DNA of 64,000 bases from Eledone cirrhosa (GCA_964016885.1 OZ024745.1:106826001-106890000); one strand, 5' to 3'. Shown: positions 24,250-38,473, numbered from the stretch's first letter. The notes: generated from the sequence alone by a model not told the origin. Made by a program: numbers and translations.

Positions 24250-24722
24250 CAAGCTTGTAGCAGTAGCACTGCTATCCAGACCAACTCGCTTATTTGTTAC
24301 CATAACAATGAGATGTTTATTGTTGACCAATGACCATGCACCTTCGATCTTACAAGTTTGGCACTTATGATCAAACGTCCGTAAGTGAGGATCACCAAAC
24401 AACCCACAGTGTTTGTAAGCCCCTTTCCCTTTGTAAATACACTCGGGGTCTGGTGGGTGCGCAGGCGGTCTTTGTATAGCATTGGTTGTGTTGTAAATAT
24501 CTCCTTCGGAAGCACATTTGTACAAATCCATTTGGCTTCTCACCCGTGACTTTTCAGTGTAATAATCTAGGCTACCTGCACAGCCACGTGTTACTTTGTG
24601 AATGCAGTGCCAGGTCGTTCGCAGAGAAATGCACTTGTGTGAGTCAGAATTTGAGTCCTTGCTTCTGCTTAAATGGTAAGCTGGCCAATGTTTTTGACAC
24701 ATATTCACCTTACATTCTCCAG
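24250..24722 (-). CDS. RGM: Internal coding exon of a Repulsive Guidance Molecule (RGM/hemojuvelin family) gene: RGM N-terminal Cys-rich helical domain plus start of the vWF-D-like domain
   Basis: Translation xGECKVNMCQKHW...KCISLRTTWHCIHKVTRGCAGSLDYY...YKCASEG...HCGLFGDPHLRTFDHKCQTCKIEGAWSLVNNKHLIVMVTN...SSATATSL matches the RGM cysteine pattern and the CGLFGDPHLRTF / TCK.EGAW.L..N / ATATS motifs. Acceptor tttctatttccAG at 24724-24723 (phase 1) and donor GTAGGT at 24249-24244 (phase 0). Length 473 nt. Confidence 0.95.
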
Positions 24723-25318
24723 CTGGAAATAGAAAAAATATTTGATATAAGATAAAATTCGATACTAACTACGACACACTACATATATACTAGCAATCAT
24801 ATATTCTACAGTGTTTATGACTTTTCAGTTAATTTTGAAAGTAAAACAATAATTCAAAGATATTTAGTAGAATTGGTTTTAATTTCAATAAAAGCTCTTT
24901 AAAATGATCAGATATGTATCATGGAATGAGAATCAGGGCTTGTGAGTTGGTGGTATAACAAAATAGAAAAACCTGAATTATTAATTTCTTGCCTCATTAC
25001 AAACATCTATTTTGACAACTTGCATAACAAATATCGGTTCCTGTTGGGGTGAATTTAAAGCAGTAGCAAAAACAAAAAGGGTTATAATTTAGGTAGTTTG
25101 TATTCGTTTTTTTAACACCCTCAGAGTGTAGAAGGGAATAACTATAATAAGTGTAGAAATTCAACCTTCTACAGAAATGGTGATCAGGTTTACATTTAAC
25201 CTATATACAAACATGACAATTTGAATAAACAACCCTACAGCAGACAGAATGACCTGATTATATATGCACACACACACAATCAGACACACACACATATTGT
25301 TTTGAGTGGACTTGTGTG

Positions 25319-25373
<55 letters not shown>

Positions 25374-27346
25374 CAAGTCCACTCAAAACAATCCAAATGG
25401 CAGCAGAATTTAACCTCATACAAACAGAATGACAAAATGTTTATGGGGTTTTCTTTACTCTATATTAGTTAATTATATTATAACTGATTGTTAGTAAAAA
25501 TTGATTAGGACATTTTATTATAAATCAGGATTATTCCATAATATTTATAAATCCAAAACTGGGAAGCAATTTGGTTAACTTCAAGTTCTAGTTGTTATTT
25601 TAAGAACACACACCATATAAAACCCTTTTACACTAGCTGACAACTGATGTGTGTACGCATGCATAAAAGTGCATGCGCGGACTGTATGTGTGTAGGTGTT
25701 TCAGTGTACATGTACATATGTTCACGTGCCTATGCAGAAATCTATATACAATTTCACATAGCGATGTTTATATATAGATTTCTTTCATTTTCAATGAAGA
25801 GTGTGGCTGAGTATTCTACAAAGGTGTGTAGTTATAATGTAATCCTAAGACAAAAATCAACATAGATGGTGTGTGACAAAGCTTGTTCCTGAATTACAGG
25901 TACAATCCACTTTAAGGGCTACTCCAGTTTCCTCAACCTAATTTCAGAAACAAGGTTTTGGTTAACCTGAAACTATGCTACAAACTGAAAATGACATGCA
26001 TTAGGATTATACCTGGACCCTCATAATTACAAAGAAACTCCTGAAACAATCGATCAAGTTGCATCCACTATAGCTTATAATGATTTAATTTAGAAGCACA
26101 TTGACAATTCCTACAAATTGTTACTCAAGTTGTTTAACTTTTTGTCAATTTAAAGAAATAGGGTACCATGTTTAACAGGAGAAACAGGAAATGGGGAGGG
26201 GTGCTGGGTAAAGAGAGTGTATGAGTGACAGAAAAATGTTAAAAGATGTTCAAAGACATAACACACACTTTATCGTGCAAAAACTTTCACCAACTTTCAT
26301 ACCAGATCTTAACCAATTTCCTTAGAAGTTTAAAAGTCTGGGATTCAATTATGTTTTTGTGTTTATTTTTACTTTTGTTTTGTTATTCTAAACCTTTTTC
26401 TTGTCTTCATTATTATTATTATTATTATTACTGCTACTACTACACCAATTACCTCTGCAATTCCAACTATTGAATAAGACATTTGCCAAAGAATGAACAG
26501 GATAGACAAAAGAAACAAAAACAAAACAAAACAAAACAAAACAAAACAAATGAAATACAAGTTACAGCAACATGAGTTACCATGTCAACCAAAACACTGA
26601 ATACTAAGATACCAAGATTCTTCACACACCCAATTTACAATTTACTCTTGTTAAAGTTGGCTATAAAATGGAACAAGCCCCTAGCCCTTTTGTTCTATTA
26701 CTGGTTTTCCTAAATTTTTTTTTGCTTTGTTGAAATTTTTAAGGAGAATCTCAAATGAAAAATGTTGCACTAGTTTATAATGTTATCAAGAAGTGATATG
26801 TAGTATGTGTGAATGTGAAATAGTGAGAGATAGAGAGAGAGAGGGACAGTAAGTAAGGTCCTAAAGGAAGTGGAGAGTAACAGCAGAAGCTATGTGTGGA
26901 TAAGAGCATCTGTATGTGTAAGAGTACATGTACATGTGGAAGTATTAGAGAGAGAAGAGAGAATCAGGGTGACACCATGGAGGAGCTGTCATTTGTAAAT
27001 ATTGTGTGCACATGGTTTAAAACATTTACACGACCTAGCAATAAGGTCCTACCCATAGTACACAGAAACAGCTATGAAAACTGAGCCAATCATAATCCCA
27101 TCTGTTCCCTGCAGACAACAACCAGAAATCTATGTTGCAGCACAAAAATGAACCTCTATGTGGTTGCTTGATATGGTAGGAAAAGCCACCAAATTTCCCA
27201 TGAAATCCCACCCTACAATCTTGAAAAATGGAAGGTCACATTAGAAAGTTGAATCCAAGATTTACATTAAGATTGAAAAATAAAACAGACACTAGATCAT
27301 ACTAGTTGGGAAACCTTCATTAAAATACTGCTCAAATATGGATTAA

Positions 27347-27784
27347 CCCATTAACATTTAAACCAGCTGTATCCGGCCAGAATTCTCCCACCTCTTTCTG
27401 TAATTATGTTAAGTAGGGCCGGTGAAAGCATTTCTGAATTGGGGCAGCCAAATTTGGTCAATATACTTGTAGTTTAGCTGTTATCAAATATCAACCAAGA
27501 TAAATAAAAAAAAAAAATTTGATATGCGATAAACATAACATGTACATAAACTGTAGCACATATACAAATGGATGCACGCATTGGTAGTTTGGGAGAAAAA
27601 TATAATTATTGGGAGACCATAGCCCCCCCCCCCCCCTGTTTCCACTGGACCTGTTTAGATATTGTTCTCAAAATAAATAATATCAAAATCTCATAGATTC
27701 GATATTATGTGAGGTAAAGCCTATACCATGAAAATATAATAGTATATATATATATATATATAGAGTAATGTAAATGCTAAGGGG
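27347..27784. mobile_element. piggyBac-type MITE carrying a nested insertion (27414-27653)
   Basis: TTAA|CCC...GGGG|TTAA, inverted relative to 16704-16908. The insert has imperfect TIRs TAGGGCCGGTGAAA / TTTCCACTGGACCTG. Confidence 0.75.
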
Positions 27785-28211
27785 TTAATTCAGGCACCCC
27801 CAAAGAGGTCGATATCAACACCCAGTTAGATTATTTGAAGTTCTGAATAAGAAAGAAAAATATATAAAATTCAATAAAATACAACTTGCCTATACAGGTA
27901 TCTGGTTTTATATGTAATTAGCCTTTATTATGAATTTATTTTGTATTCTCTATACTGATTTATATATTTTCTTATTTCTTTTTGTACATACCCAAAATAC
28001 CATGGGTGAAAGAAAGGTCAAGGATTCCATGACAACAGAGTTGGTGGTCTAAAAAGTTTGGGTATCCCTAGATTTAACAAAAGCCAATTAGAATTATGAG
28101 AGAGAAATATATTCATTAGTGAGGAATTAACACAGGGGAGTTTGACTGTGTACAGAAGAGGAATGAATAAAGGGGTCAAAGTGATGAATGTTGAATGAAA
28201 ATCTTAATGAT

Positions 28212-28352
<141 letters not shown>

Positions 28353-28503
28353 CAACATATGTATAAACACACACACATATATACACACACGCATGTATAT
28401 ATATATATATATATACATATACACATACATCTAAGATATGTGCGCATATATATAAACATCTAATTGTGATCTAATTATAAAGAAGTGCTAATCAGAAACA
28501 TCA

Positions 28504-28541
<38 letters not shown>

Positions 28542-28963
28542 ACAAACACTTTCATTGATGTTATGGACTTCTATGAACAAATAAATAAAATATATACAAA
28601 ATCCGAATAAACCGGAGAGCAACAAAAATTTCTACTGTAAACTATATTATATGTTAGCTTCAATAGCTGTTTCATTACCACGAACGAAATTTAATAAAAA
28701 AAACTGCCGTCCATCGAAAGGGACCACCACTACGACTACCACCACTACCCCCACCCCCACCCCCACCAGCACTAACACCCCACCATCACCGTGTCCACAT
28801 CATCAACACAATAATTACAACTACTGACATCAGAGAAAAGGGTCGTGATTAGCCAGTGAGTGACTTTATTAGAGGAAAAACATTAACAGATACACACGCT
28901 AACACAGGCATTTCTTAATTAACATTAGTAACGCTTCTATGGGAATCAGTGACTGTCACGGAA

Positions 28964-29001
<38 letters not shown>

Positions 29002-29107
29002 GATAGCATAACATACACACAACAGCAATAGTTAATTAAAAAAAAAAGTAAGTTGTAATTTCTTGGGCTGATGATCTCAGCTGAATTCATCATATGCAAC
29101 ACGTCAA

Positions 29108-29138
<31 letters not shown>

Positions 29139-29175
29139 ATCCCCCACACATGTGTTCGTGTGTGCTTGTGAGCGA

Positions 29176-29218
<43 letters not shown>

Positions 29219-29222
29219 AATA

Positions 29223-29297
29223 CAGGGTGCCTCCAAAAAATATATATACACATTTTTATTTGAATGCTGTTGAAGTATGGATACATTTTGGGGGGAC

Positions 29298-29301
<4 letters not shown>
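29223..29301. mobile_element. Tiny Tc1/mariner-like MITE
   Basis: Homologous to 14304-14375. Confidence 0.6.
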
Positions 29302-29373
<72 letters not shown>

Positions 29374-29847
29374 TATATTATAGAACTCCGCTGTGGTCAG
29401 ACTTGAACAAATATTAAACATTTTGATCCTGGCGGCGCCCATCCCTTTCCAAGTGACAAGACGGCAACCCCACGACTCCATAAGCAGTTATGGGATCGGT
29501 GATCAGTGATATTCCAGTGAACGGAGATAAAATGACAGGGAAATTCACATTTAATTTAAATTTTATAAATAACAAAGTAATTAAATAATATTTTGAGTCT
29601 CTTAGTAACTGAACAAAGACGATATGTATACGATAGCAAATACGTGATTAAATGACGTTAGAGATACTTGAACAAAACCCCTTTATGGAACATCTTACAT
29701 ATAACAACGACAAGGAAAAAAGCATTAAACCAGCCCTTGAATGAGGTTTTCATATTCTATATCAAGAGTGGAAGTATTTGAAAACTAGTAACGAAATTGA
29801 ACTTAAGAACTGTCAATACCAACATACAGTCTTAATAACAATAACAA

Positions 29848-30142
29848 TGTTTTCTGATTTAGACAAGGCCAGCAATTACCCCAGTGTATTACTGGTGCTT
29901 TATTTTATCGACCCTGTAAGGATGAAAGGCAAAGTTAACCTCGACAGGATTTGAACTCAGACCGTAATAATGGTTTCTGATTTAGGCACAAGGCCAGCAA
30001 TCTTTGGGGAGGAGAAAGTCCATTAAATCGACACCAGTACGATACTAGTACTTTCTCTTATCGACTCCGTAAAGATGAAAGGCAAAGCCAACCTCGGTAG
30101 GATTTGAACTTAGAACGTAAAGGGACATAACTATATGCCGCA
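29848..30142 (-). mobile_element. Two tandem Meta-domain-like SINE fragments
   Basis: Two GATGAAAGGCAAAG..GGATTTGAACT blocks. Confidence 0.75.
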
Positions 30143-30880
30143 AAAAAAGATAGCTAGAACTCCTTTTACCGCATATTTTTTTCGACAAAAGCTACTCTGG
30201 AATTAAAACACAACAACTACTGCAATATTAAAAATCACTAGGATGTATCTTTTTTTTTAAATTCTGTGTAAGAGGATTAACTGGTATTGATGTTCGATAA
30301 ATAAAAGTGGAATTAACTAGTATTTATTAATGGCCAAAACCACACAAAAAAAGACAATGTTCACAGCTGGAAATCCCTTCACAAGAAAGTAGTCTAATTG
30401 ATCAGCTCTGAATTGGGGCCAAACAACAACAACCACTATAGCAGGATTTAAATTAATTTCATTCAGTTTAGGAAGATTAGTTGGCATTGATTTATTGAAC
30501 TCAATATTAGATGTTGTATGGCATGGCACATGTCTAAAGCGGGGGCTACAAACAACCATATATTACTGATAGATTGTTGAACCAACGAGGAAGCCTTTAC
30601 ATAGTTGATCTGCCATAAATGGTAACCAAAACCTCAAATACCTAGCGAGTGGGAAAACAATAGATGAGGAACAATGGATAACACATTGTTCCTGGATAGA
30701 CTATTCTCGAAAATAAGTTACGTCAAGAATAATTTTATAGGCCTGCCCAACATGTAGTTAAACACCACCAGCCATAACATCAACACTAACAACAACAAAG
30801 ATGTTGAACAGGCTACAATATCTATCAGATTTAAAGAGAATTTGTGGTATTAGATAACCCTCTTCGATCGATGGTTATTG

Positions 30881-30913
<33 letters not shown>

Positions 30914-31087
30914 TGTGCACGTGTGTGCGTGTGCACGTGTGCACATGTGCGCGCGTCTCCAGCCATTAGCACGTAAACCTGACAACGGTGACTAGCGTGG
31001 TATCGCTTGCATTCCTGCAAACTTCGTTCGTTTATGAAACCAATGGTTGCGGGGATTATAATATCGCTTAATCGAATGAACACACGC

Positions 31088-31162
31088 ACGGGGTCGATAA
31101 AATAAAGTACCAGTAATGCACTGGGTAATTGCTGGCCTTGTGCCTAAAGTAGAAACAATTAT
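31088..31162 (+). mobile_element. Meta-domain-like SINE 3' fragment
   Basis: CGGGGTCGATAAAATAAAGTACCAG...GTAGAAACAATT. Confidence 0.8.
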
Positions 31163-31205
<43 letters not shown>

Positions 31206-31208
<3 letters not shown>

Positions 31209-31402
31209 CGAAGGAAATGTGGTAAGGAACCAGGTGGACCATAACGCACCAAAGTACTCAATACTTAGGGTAGTAGAGTGGGTAATAGGAACGAGTAGGA
31301 CCCCGACGGCTGAGCTCAAGCCGTTTCGACGGCTAATTCTGAGTCCAGAATTAGCCGTCGAAACGGCTTGAGCTCAGCCGTCGGGGTCCTACTCGTTCCT
31401 AT
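31206..31402 (-). mobile_element. Fold-back element family P1 (near-perfect copy)
   Basis: Nearly identical to the reverse complement of 8464-8659. Confidence 0.85.
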
Positions 31403-31876
31403 ATATATATATATATATATATACACACAATGATATTAAATAAATGGAAACTATATTTATAAAACCATATTTATTTTATTATATATATTTCTAGGGTACC
31501 AAGACAACATTGGTACGCTTTCATCAGATAAAATACAAAGCTTGTTTTACAAATAGAGACATACCCATGAAAATCATACCTTATCAGTTGGAAATTCACT
31601 GGGTAGTTATAAACGTTTATATTTATCAGACTTCAAACAAATTAAATACTCCTACTTTATATAAATATATATCTATATTCACATATATTTTTATTTGTTT
31701 GACCCGAATTACTTGGTCGTTTTTGTGGCTATGCGGATGATTGTTTAACCATCGTCTCAGTGTGTTTAACCTTTAACGTATGTTGTAGCTCTGGTTCATC
31801 TGAATCATTGAGCGCTTGCCACACATCTCGGAAGTTGTTTTTCGTTCATTCCTAAGCCGAAATACGATTCTCGCTA

Positions 31877-31918
<42 letters not shown>

Positions 31919-31927
31919 CCACTACAA

Positions 31928-32121
31928 GGGCGGAGGATTTGCAGTATCCGTAGAGGGTCTGACGCCATGCTTTGCAGCAAAGAGTTAAGGCCCCTTTATG
32001 TTCTGAGTTCAAATCCCGCCGAAGTTAACTTTGCCCTTCATCCTTACCTGGTCGATAAAATAAAGTACCAGTAATACACTGAGATAATTGCTAGCCTTGT
32101 GCCAAAAGTAGAAACAATTAT
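31928..32121 (+). mobile_element. Meta-domain-like SINE, full length
   Basis: Matches the family consensus. Confidence 0.85.
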
Positions 32122-32667
32122 TATATAACTAGTGCAACGAATAGTGAGAAACGAGCACACACGAGTATGAAAATATTGAATGACATAAATAACTAAATTT
32201 ATATAATACAACGGATATATTCCACCCAGAGTGGTAGTAGTTGTGACAGTAGCGTTAGTAATACAAGGAGAGGGGGGGTGCGCAAGAAATAGAGGGAGGA
32301 GGACAAGGAAGCCATGTCATTCTAGTGTGAAGACATCGAACCTTTTCTGTTTAGGCTTCTGCCTTGCTTTTTTTTATACCAAGGGATCCGTACCTATGTC
32401 ATTGAGTGTCGTGAAGGTGTACGTACGTGCAGTGCGCTGCGACGGTAAATTTGTCATTGGCAGATAAGAAATGTAAACTCTAACTCATCTGACCTTCCTA
32501 CCTCCTACTGATATTTCACTGTCCATAGTAATTTTTTCGATAAGAAATAGGAGACTAACGAGATACTTATTCTACTTCTCTGACTGCCCTTTCCACCTTC
32601 TAACAGATAGATCTATTGTTTTAGGTAAAAATGTGTGTGAGTGTGTGTAAAAATCTACAACGACCTA

Positions 32668-32870
32668 ATTGTTGCTGTTTAGCCCCAGGTCATTTCGAAT
32701 CCAGTAGACCTACTATGATCAAACAGCTCTCTTTCCACGTGCCACTAATAATTTACCCGGTAAAATGTTTTAATCCAAGTCTAACTACATCGTTGTGTGT
32801 CCTTGCCCAATTATTTAAGGGAGATTTGTAAGCTATTTCTAATAGCTCAAGAGAGGCCGCGCGGGCTCAA
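32668..32870. repeat. Old interspersed repeat (GTTTAGCCCCAGGTCA family)
   Basis: Diverged related blocks at ~7430-7595, 19330-19435, 30370-30430 and 33905-34075. Confidence 0.5.
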
Positions 32871-32974
32871 TTTGATCTAGCTCATTGATAGAAGCTGCCA
32901 GCGACTACCTTTGCATCGCTTAGTCATGAAGAAGGACCAGTGCTCATGAACCTTTCAAGGCCTCCAAGTTTGAT

Positions 32975-33017
<43 letters not shown>

Positions 33018-33502
33018 AGAGAAGGGGGAAGATAGAGAGGAGAAGAGAGAGAGAGGAAGAGAGATAGGGGAAGAGAGATAGGGGAAGAGAGAAGAGAGAT
33101 CCTCAAACCGAAGGGCCCACCTGCAATGCTTGTAACGACGTGGACTGTTAAAGCGCACCCCCACGCAAACAAACCCAGGCCAGGTGGTGGTGACGGATTA
33201 TATCTACCACTGAAATAGGTCACAACGAGATTTAAACTCAAAACGCAAAGAGGTGGAACTAATACCACAAATCACCCCACCCCCCACCCCCCAGACGCTC
33301 TAAAATTTTCGCCAGTTCATCGACCTTGACTATCAACCACGTAAAGGATGAAAGGGCTGGGAGAAAACATTTGCTTTTGGCATGTCAGTAATCTGTGATT
33401 TTGTGTATGATGACCCGAATAATTTTACTTGGTTGTCCTATTTCTTGAGGATTCTATTTGTTAGTTTCATCTTTATTAAATTTCCCTTAGTTATTGCTCT
33501 GA

Positions 33503-33656
33503 TGGCGGTGGATTGGTAGTATCGATAGAGCGTCGGGCACCATGCTTTGCAGCATAGAGCTACGGCCCTTTGATGATCCGAGTTCAAATCCCGCCGAGGT
33601 TAACATTTCCTTTCATCCTTAACTTTGCTGGCCTTATGCCTATATAAGAAACCGTT
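33503..33656 (+). mobile_element. Meta-domain-like SINE, internally deleted
   Basis: Head and B box present, central part missing. Confidence 0.8.
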
Positions 33657-35490
33657 ATTGCTATACGATGCAGATACCCACATGCACACGTTCTTATTTT
33701 TCTATGTATTTCGCCTTTGCACTGTCTCCTTTAAACTGGAATCGTTTGGCTAACAATATAAGCTACCTTCAAAGGAAGATGGAAGAAGGGGGGATGAAAT
33801 AAAAGTAAAACAAATATGGAAGGAAAAAGAACATTTGAAGAATGCTTTATATTGACATCGATTCAAGGGTGGATAAAATGCAAATGTCAATAATATAACG
33901 AAAGATCCTCCACATAGTTGCTGCAGCTGCTAAAAACAGCAGTCAAATCCCTATCAATTAATATTTTACCATCTTATTCGACAAGATATGTATCCAAAAG
34001 GATGAGTATATTTACGGTTGGATCACCTGTCATCATATGTCTGCTCAACTGGGACTGACCTGGGGCTAAACAACAAGAGCCAATTCAATTCTACCTTCCT
34101 CCGCCGCTAATCTATAAAAAAAATTGGGTCTTCTGTTTAGTTAAAAGAAATCCCTTTACAGACCTATGTGAGTATGTGTATGTACTTATGTACAAAGTGG
34201 AATCAGTTGTTATGCCCTGTAGATATAAACGTCTTCCTTTACACCTTGTAAGGATAACAAGCTTGCTGAAGCGTATCACCGTGTTTCTGTATTCACTTAT
34301 ATGCCCCGGGTATTCTCTGTGTGACTGTATGTATATGTGCGAGTACGGATGTAGACACGCACAGACGTGTGTGTGTGTGTGTGCGTCTGTTAAGAGCGTG
34401 CATAGGCGAAGATCAGTAACGCGCATGTGCGGGTGTCTATTTCAAAAAAATCAGACCACAGAGCCTGTAGTTAACAAGGCCAAACCTGTAGATAAGACAA
34501 AGGTCAACAGGCAGCCATCTGGGTGTTCCGCATAACCAATAATTTGGCCGTCAGGCTAAGCACACACACATGTGTGTGTATACACACACACACACACGAG
34601 AGGGGCGGGGGGTGCACGCAGCGGAGATATAGTAATATTCGAGGCCAGGTTATGGAGACGATTGCAGCAAGGAAAGAAAATGATTAGTTGATGATAAGTT
34701 GTAAATTGATAAGTAGTAGTAGTAGTAACAAGAACTTCACAATTTTGAGTTTATCTTTCATTTCGTATATTACACACATACGCACCTAGTTTTTCATCTA
34801 CAATTATGGTTATAAATTAAACATTAACTGTCCTCACTTCACCCAGTTATCTCAAGATTCTCCCTTTCTCAAACGCACACTCAACATGATCTATCTTGTT
34901 CGCATATAATAATGGGTTCAAATTTTTTTGTTCATTATACCACCCTTAGTTTCGAAAATAGGTACACGTCCAGAAATTTAAGGGAAGAGGAAATGTCGAT
35001 TAAATAAACCCAAGCATTCTGCCCAACGCTCTATAGATTCTGCCAATTTAATCACGTATTTATTGGCTATCTCGACCTAACAGTACAAAAGACGGGATAC
35101 AAGATTAGGAGTTTACATGAAACCTAATAAAAAGCGTAAAATCCACACAAAAATATCAAGAACATTTCCCAGTAGGAGGTAGTGCAGCCAGCTCAGCGAG
35201 CCTCATATAAGTAGAATTACACAGACCATCAACGGAAAATGCTTTGTACCAGCTGTCATCCTCCGGTCTACAGAAAGCCTATTTACTCGGGGCATGTTTG
35301 TCATTGAACAAATTTACTAAGAGGATATGTACCTCCTAGCTGAACCACAAAATGCCGATAGGGGCTAGACCGAGAAGAAAAGTGTTTTCATTGCTTTTTC
35401 ATAACATCGAGTACACAACTGTTGCCGCAGTCACGAAGACATACAATTACCCCCATCCCCAATTACCCCTTTCGATAAAAGGAAGGCGGT

Positions 35491-35665
35491 AGTCGCCAGA
35501 TAGACGGTCGTAGAGTGTTCTTTACAGTGGACTCGCCAGATAGACGGTCGTAGAGTGTTCTTTACAGTGGACTCGCCAGATAGACGGTCGTAGAGTGTTC
35601 TTTACAGTGGACTCGCCAGAGGGACGGGCGTAGAGTGTTCTTTACAGTGGAGTCGTCAGATAGAC
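35491..35665. repeat. 40-bp minisatellite, ~4.4 copies
   Basis: Unit ACTCGCCAGATAGACGGTCGTAGAGTGTTCTTTACAGTGG in direct tandem with no spacers. Confidence 0.95.
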
Positions 35666-35845
35666 AAAGTCGTACACGGTCGACATCAGCTATTCGACAC
35701 AAACCTCACAAGTTAGCAATGCATAGATGCTAATCGAGTGCATGCAAAACAGTTTCGTCATTCGGTGGATATCACGGATAAGAAAAAAATTACATGTGTA
35801 TGCCAACATATTGAAACCTTTGTGTATCCTTATACAGGGGTGTGA

Positions 35846-36045
35846 NNNNNNNNNNNNNNNNNNNNNNNNNNNNNNNNNNNNNNNNNNNNNNNNNNNNNNN
35901 NNNNNNNNNNNNNNNNNNNNNNNNNNNNNNNNNNNNNNNNNNNNNNNNNNNNNNNNNNNNNNNNNNNNNNNNNNNNNNNNNNNNNNNNNNNNNNNNNNNN
36001 NNNNNNNNNNNNNNNNNNNNNNNNNNNNNNNNNNNNNNNNNNNNN
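35846..36045. other. Assembly gap (200 N)
   Basis: Run of 200 N. The round length suggests a scaffold join of unknown true size. Confidence 0.99.
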
Positions 36046-36555
36046 TATATATATGTTTGTATATATATATATATGTTTGTATATATATATATATATGTTT
36101 GTATATATATATATATATATATGTTTGTATATATATATATATATATGTTTGTATATATATATATATATATATGTTTGTATATATATATATATATATGTTT
36201 GTATATATATATATATATATGTTTGTATATATATATATATATATGTTTGTATATATATATATATGTTTGTATATATATATATATATGTTTGTATATATAT
36301 ATATATGTTTGTATATATATATATATATGTTTGTATATATATATATATATGTTTGTATATATATATATATATGTTTGTATATATATATGTTTGTATATAT
36401 ATATGTTTGTATATATATATGTTTGTATATATATATGTTTGTATATATATATATGTTTGTATATATATATATGTTTGTATATATATATATATATGTTTGT
36501 ATATATATATATATATATATGTTTGTATATATATATATATATATATATATATGTT

Positions 36556-36599
<44 letters not shown>
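36046..36599. repeat. (TA)n-TGTTTG compound satellite
   Basis: Directly visible. Confidence 0.95.
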
Positions 36600-36601
<2 letters not shown>

Positions 36602-37055
36602 GTCCCTGAGTGTATATGTGCGTATCATTCAGTATGTAATGTGTGCGAACCATGTTTATTTATGCATTTATTATGAGAGATTTGATTATTTTTAATACAG
36701 CCTAGACAAGTTTTGTGCACTCGAAATATGTGAGCAAATGGAAATTATGTGTGTGTGTATATATATATATATGTGTGTGTATGTGTGTGTGTGTGTTAAT
36801 ATATATACACATGTACGAAAGTGTGTGCGAGAGAAAGACAATGAGAGAGAGAGCGAGAGAGAGGGAGTGAGAGAGGGAGTGAGAGTGGGAGTGAAAGAGA
36901 AAGAAGCAGGCGTTGAGATGTGCGTATGTGGGTGTGAGAAGTCGGAAAAATTATATTTTTATAAGAACTATGATACATGACGTATTAGATTTAAAACATG
37001 TGTGTTGTATATGTGAACAAATATTGTGTATAAGTGCCTGCGGGTGTGTGTGTAC

Positions 37056-37120
<65 letters not shown>

Positions 37121-37315
37121 GCTTCAAGTTATGTTTCTAGGGTAGACAATTCGAAAGTTATTCTGTCCACGTCTTAAAAGATAAATAAAGAGGTGGGGGT
37201 AATTACGGATGCACATGTATACTCGAATATATGCTAATACAGCTCTACACACCTACGTATGTGTGGATGTATACCTGCAAACATTTTACACACACACACA
37301 TGCATATATATATAT

Positions 37316-37354
<39 letters not shown>

Positions 37355-38070
37355 TATATAGACATAGACATATATAGACATATACGTATAGATATATAGA
37401 CATATACGTATAGATATATAGATATATAGATATATACATAATGTGTGTGTATATCTATACATATAAAGCACATAGGTCACATGACAACCACTTTGTACTA
37501 ACTTTGATAGGAAATGGTAATTTGATATCTTCCTCCCTACCTGCTTTCTCTCTCTCTCTCTCTCTCACACATTGTCGAGAGATAGCAACTGCTGCTATTT
37601 TTAACTAACTTAGGACACTATAAACAGCATCTATCTGTGTTGTCTATTTATCTATCTATCTATCTATCAACCTCCCCATCCAACTGTCTGTCTGGCAGAC
37701 ATATTTATTTTTATGCAACAACAATAACAAGCCACAAATCACGATAGCAGTCCGAGAATAAATAGAAAGATAGAGTACAGTCATTGCAATCTAATGCATA
37801 TTATATATTTGGTAGTGGTTAAAGAAAATATAGCAGAAAACTATTGTAACTGTTTTCAATGAATGTAAAAGAAATACCTTGATGGATGAAATGATAAGTG
37901 ATGTAATCAAGGAATTATTAAAACACTTTTTTGACGGGTACTCAGGTGGTGTGTGTGTGTGTGTGTGGTGTGTGGTGTGTGTGTAGTGTAAGAAAGTAAA
38001 GGAACACAAACAAGAGATGGACATTTTCCTTCATCTACTACAGATGTTTCAGCGCATTTTAGACTCTCTT

Positions 38071-38107
<37 letters not shown>

Positions 38108-38110
<3 letters not shown>

Positions 38111-38303
38111 CGAAGGAGGTGTGGTAAGGAACCAGATGGACCATAACGCACCAGAGTACTCAATACTTAGGGTAGTAGAGTGGGTAATAGGAAAATGTTT
38201 GACTCCGACGGCAGAGCTCAAGCCGTTTCGACGGCTATTTCTGAGTCCAGAAATAGCCGTCGAAACCGCTTGAGCTCTGCCGTCGGGGTCAAACATTTTC
38301 CTA
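38108..38303 (-). mobile_element. Fold-back element family P1
   Basis: Tail followed by a ~117-bp palindrome, flanked by (TA)n. Confidence 0.85.
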
Positions 38304-38473
38304 TATATATATATGTATATATATATTATATATATAATTACAACAGTCACATGAACAGGTACTTATGTTTCGTTGTGTTGTGGACCCCAACTCATTCAGC
38401 TTCTCAGTGATTATGTACTATCTTAAAGAACCTATTACAAGTTCAGTGGTTTTTCTGGCTCAAAATATATTAC

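Noticed and set aside
24214-24708. ORF-track boundaries as a complete 164-aa gene
   Set aside because: The start is an internal GTG, and the VGFNFPYLLLH tail is intron read-through past the GTAGGT donor. The exon is 24250-24722.
35491-35665. Possible CRISPR array
   Set aside because: Contiguous tandem units with no unique spacers, no cas genes and a eukaryotic context.
35690-36695. ORFs spanning the N gap
   Set aside because: Artefacts of Ns and simple repeats.
37985-38075. Possible hammerhead on the minus strand (GAAACAUCUGUA)
   Set aside because: The CUGANGA strand is missing, truncated by the TA tract; at most a remnant.
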